This document shows positions 62,563 through 64,000 of a stretch of 64,000 bases of DNA, one piece after another. Under the pieces are notes generated by a model, which was not told the origin of the DNA, ran no database searches, and saw only the letters and a list, made by a program, of their open reading frames with translations. Each line of letters opens with the position of its first letter. The stretch's first letter is position 1. The translations under genes and the position numbers were made by a program. The DNA comes from Bacteroidota bacterium (GTDB lineage: Bacteria > Bacteroidota > Bacteroidia > Bacteroidales > JABHKC01): the NCBI GenBank assembly GCA_018692315.1, contig JABHKC010000248.1, forward strand, positions 2,505-66,504, given 5' to 3'.

Positions 62563-63477
62563 TTAATCGCCAAAAAATTCAATAACATCATTCTGGTCAA
62601 TTCCCCTATAACCAACTTTGCCTATCATTTTCCCATCTTCTACATAATATATTGCAGGCAATTGTTTTCCGCTTTGGCTAAAAAAATCAATCATAGGGAT
62701 AAATGTATAAGGGTATTTTTTCGATTCGCTTTCGGTCCAAAACGATTCAATATTTTCTTCTTTCCCATAAAAAATATAGAATATCGGAAGATCGTTTTCT
62801 AAATTGTTGTCGATTATTGATATTTTTTTTGCTGCCATTTTGCAGAATTTACACTTCAGACTATAAAAACATACTAAAGCTTTGCTATTGTCAATTTTCA
62901 AATTGTCGGGATTGTTTTTGAAATCCTGGAAATATTCAGTGTTAAGAGTTCTGTTTTCAAGCACTTGCATTTTCTGAGGATAAACAAAATCGGGCGGCGT
63001 AAGAATAGTTGGCACAGAAAACGTAGCAATAAAAACTACTATAGAAATCAACTTTTGAAATTTGAAATTCCATTCTGTGTTATAAAAAATAAGGAAAATT
63101 GTAGCCCCAATAAGGATAAAATTCTTAAATATTGATTCAATAGGTGAAAGCTTTAAGTATTCGCCAAAGCAATTACAGTTTGTCATTTCTGCAGAAAAAA
63201 TAGCAAAATAGATTAATACAAAAGTAAAAGCTGCCAGTAGTATTAAGTTTAGCCGGAGAATTTGTTTAGAAAAGATATTTATTATTAAAATTAATCCAAT
63301 AAAAAATTCGGTAGAAATTATTAGTCTGGCAAAAACTGTTGCAAAATGCCAATTAGGAATTCCATTTTCAAAAACAAATAATTCAAAATATTCAATTGGG
63401 AAAAGTTTTGCATAAGCAGAATATAGGAAAACTAAACCTACAACAGTCCTAAGAACATGGGGTATTATTTTTATCAT
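62563..63477 (-). CDS. MauE/DoxX-like membrane protein fused to a C-terminal thioredoxin-like domain
   Basis: 304 aa. Four or five TM helices with a CNCFG motif (MauE-type). Then a soluble domain with a CxxC (LVCFYSLKCKFCKMAAKKI) and a thioredoxin-like tail (LPAIYYVEDGKMIGK). Confidence 0.68.
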   Translation of the reverse strand: MIKIIPHVLRTVVGLVFLYSAYAKLFPIEYFELFVFENGIPNWHFATVFARLIISTEFFIGLILIINIFSKQILRLNLILLAAFTFVLIYFAIFSAEMTNCNCFGEYLKLSPIESIFKNFILIGATIFLIFYNTEWNFKFQKLISIVVFIATFSVPTILTPPDFVYPQKMQVLENRTLNTEYFQDFKNNPDNLKIDNSKALVCFYSLKCKFCKMAAKKISIIDNNLENDLPIFYIFYGKEENIESFWTESESKKYPYTFIPMIDFFSQSGKQLPAIYYVEDGKMIGKVGYRGIDQNDVIEFFGD

Positions 63478-63508
63478 ATATAAATTTCAAAATTATTGAA
63501 AAGTTTAT

Positions 63509-63545
63509 AAAAAAAGGAAAGGCATTAATAAAATGCCTTTCCTTT
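63509..63545 (-). terminator. rho-independent terminator after the small lipoprotein gene
   Basis: A 14-bp perfect stem, AAAGGAAAGGCATT (63513-63526) with AATGCCTTTCCTTT (63532-63545), and a 5-nt loop. On the minus strand the stem runs into a T tract (complement of A-run 63509-63515). It lies 24 nt after the stop at 63569. Confidence 0.75.
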
Positions 63546-63568
63546 AAAAATTTTAGTAAATTAAGAAA

Positions 63569-63802
63569 TTATTCAATTTCACACTCTACTTTTGTGATTA
63601 TACCCAAAAAATCCATTTCTATATCTCCTTCGTCACACCAATCTTCAGCATCGCCTTTACTGCTATGTTCTGCTGTAGCTTCAACAGACTCTCCTTCAAC
63701 ACCATCTACACTGGTTGTACATACACATGTGTAATCTTTACTACACGAAGACATTGCGAAAACAAATCCGCAGGCAAAAATAAATGTTAATACTTTTTTC
63801 AT
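63569..63802 (-). CDS. small acidic Cys-rich lipoprotein, hypothetical
   Basis: 77 aa. Lipobox FAMSSC. The mature part is ~57 aa with four further Cys (YTCVCTT, DWCDEG, VECEIE) and many D/E. It has its own terminator. Confidence 0.55.
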   Translation of the reverse strand: MKKVLTFIFACGFVFAMSSCSKDYTCVCTTSVDGVEGESVEATAEHSSKGDAEDWCDEGDIEMDFLGIITKVECEIE

Positions 63803-63961
63803 TATATAAATTTGTTAATTAAAAAAAAGCAAAGATATAATCTTTGCTGGTTTTAGAGAATTTTTTTGTTTTTTTTTGAGCTAAATTGTTAATATTTTTA
63901 CAAAAGAATAATGTTTGGCAATTTTTATATTTGCAACTTATTTTTCAATTTAAAAACTTTG

Positions 63962-64000
63962 ATGGAAAACAAACAAAAAGTTGCTTTTTATACACTTGGC
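63962..64000 (+). CDS. start of a gene running off the window; N-terminus resembles radical-SAM methylthiotransferases (MtaB/RimO/MiaB type)
   Basis: Only 13 codons are visible: MENKQKVAFYTLG. The K(V/I)xFxTLGC(K/R) pattern is typical of this family, but the evidence is minimal. Confidence 0.25.
   Translation, partial: MENKQKVAFYTLG

Overview
AT-rich chromosomal segment that reads as a Bacteroidota genome: it has a T9SS type-B sorting domain, three CarboxypepD_reg/DUF5686-like paralogs, TAnnTTTG -7 promoter boxes and many lipoprotein signals. There are about 45 protein genes, mostly housekeeping. These include thyA-folA, acpP-fabF-rnc, class II RNR, riboflavin synthase, dxs, a CCA-adding enzyme, two thioredoxins, a beta-carbonic anhydrase, S41 and M16 peptidases, an MBOAT acylation operon and one tRNA-Leu(CAA). 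More interesting content: (i) A two-gene ABC-like ATPase + HNH nuclease module (60049-62468, minus) matches the Septu PtuA/PtuB (retron-Ec78-type effector) defence architecture but has no RT or ncRNA. It is packed head-to-tail with a GT2 + TMTC-like GT-C/TPR glycosylation pair. (ii) An RND efflux operon lies divergent from a LytS/LytTR two-component system, with a candidate LytTR direct-repeat operator between them. (iii) An orphan ModA-like binding protein sits next to two paralogous hybrid kinases. (iv) An 1100-aa C10 (streptopain-like) protease carries internally duplicated, unassigned domains. (v) A 1420-aa ORF fuses a GT3 glycogen synthase to a GT35 alpha-glucan phosphorylase. (vi) A decayed GIY-YIG gene is bracketed by tRNA-Leu and a broken tRNA-Leu copy. 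(vii) A ~160-nt long-hairpin, 6S-like candidate ncRNA lies in the 14.2-14.6 kb gap. No CRISPR array, rRNA, transposase or integrase was seen. All family assignments come from motif recognition by eye, not from database searches.
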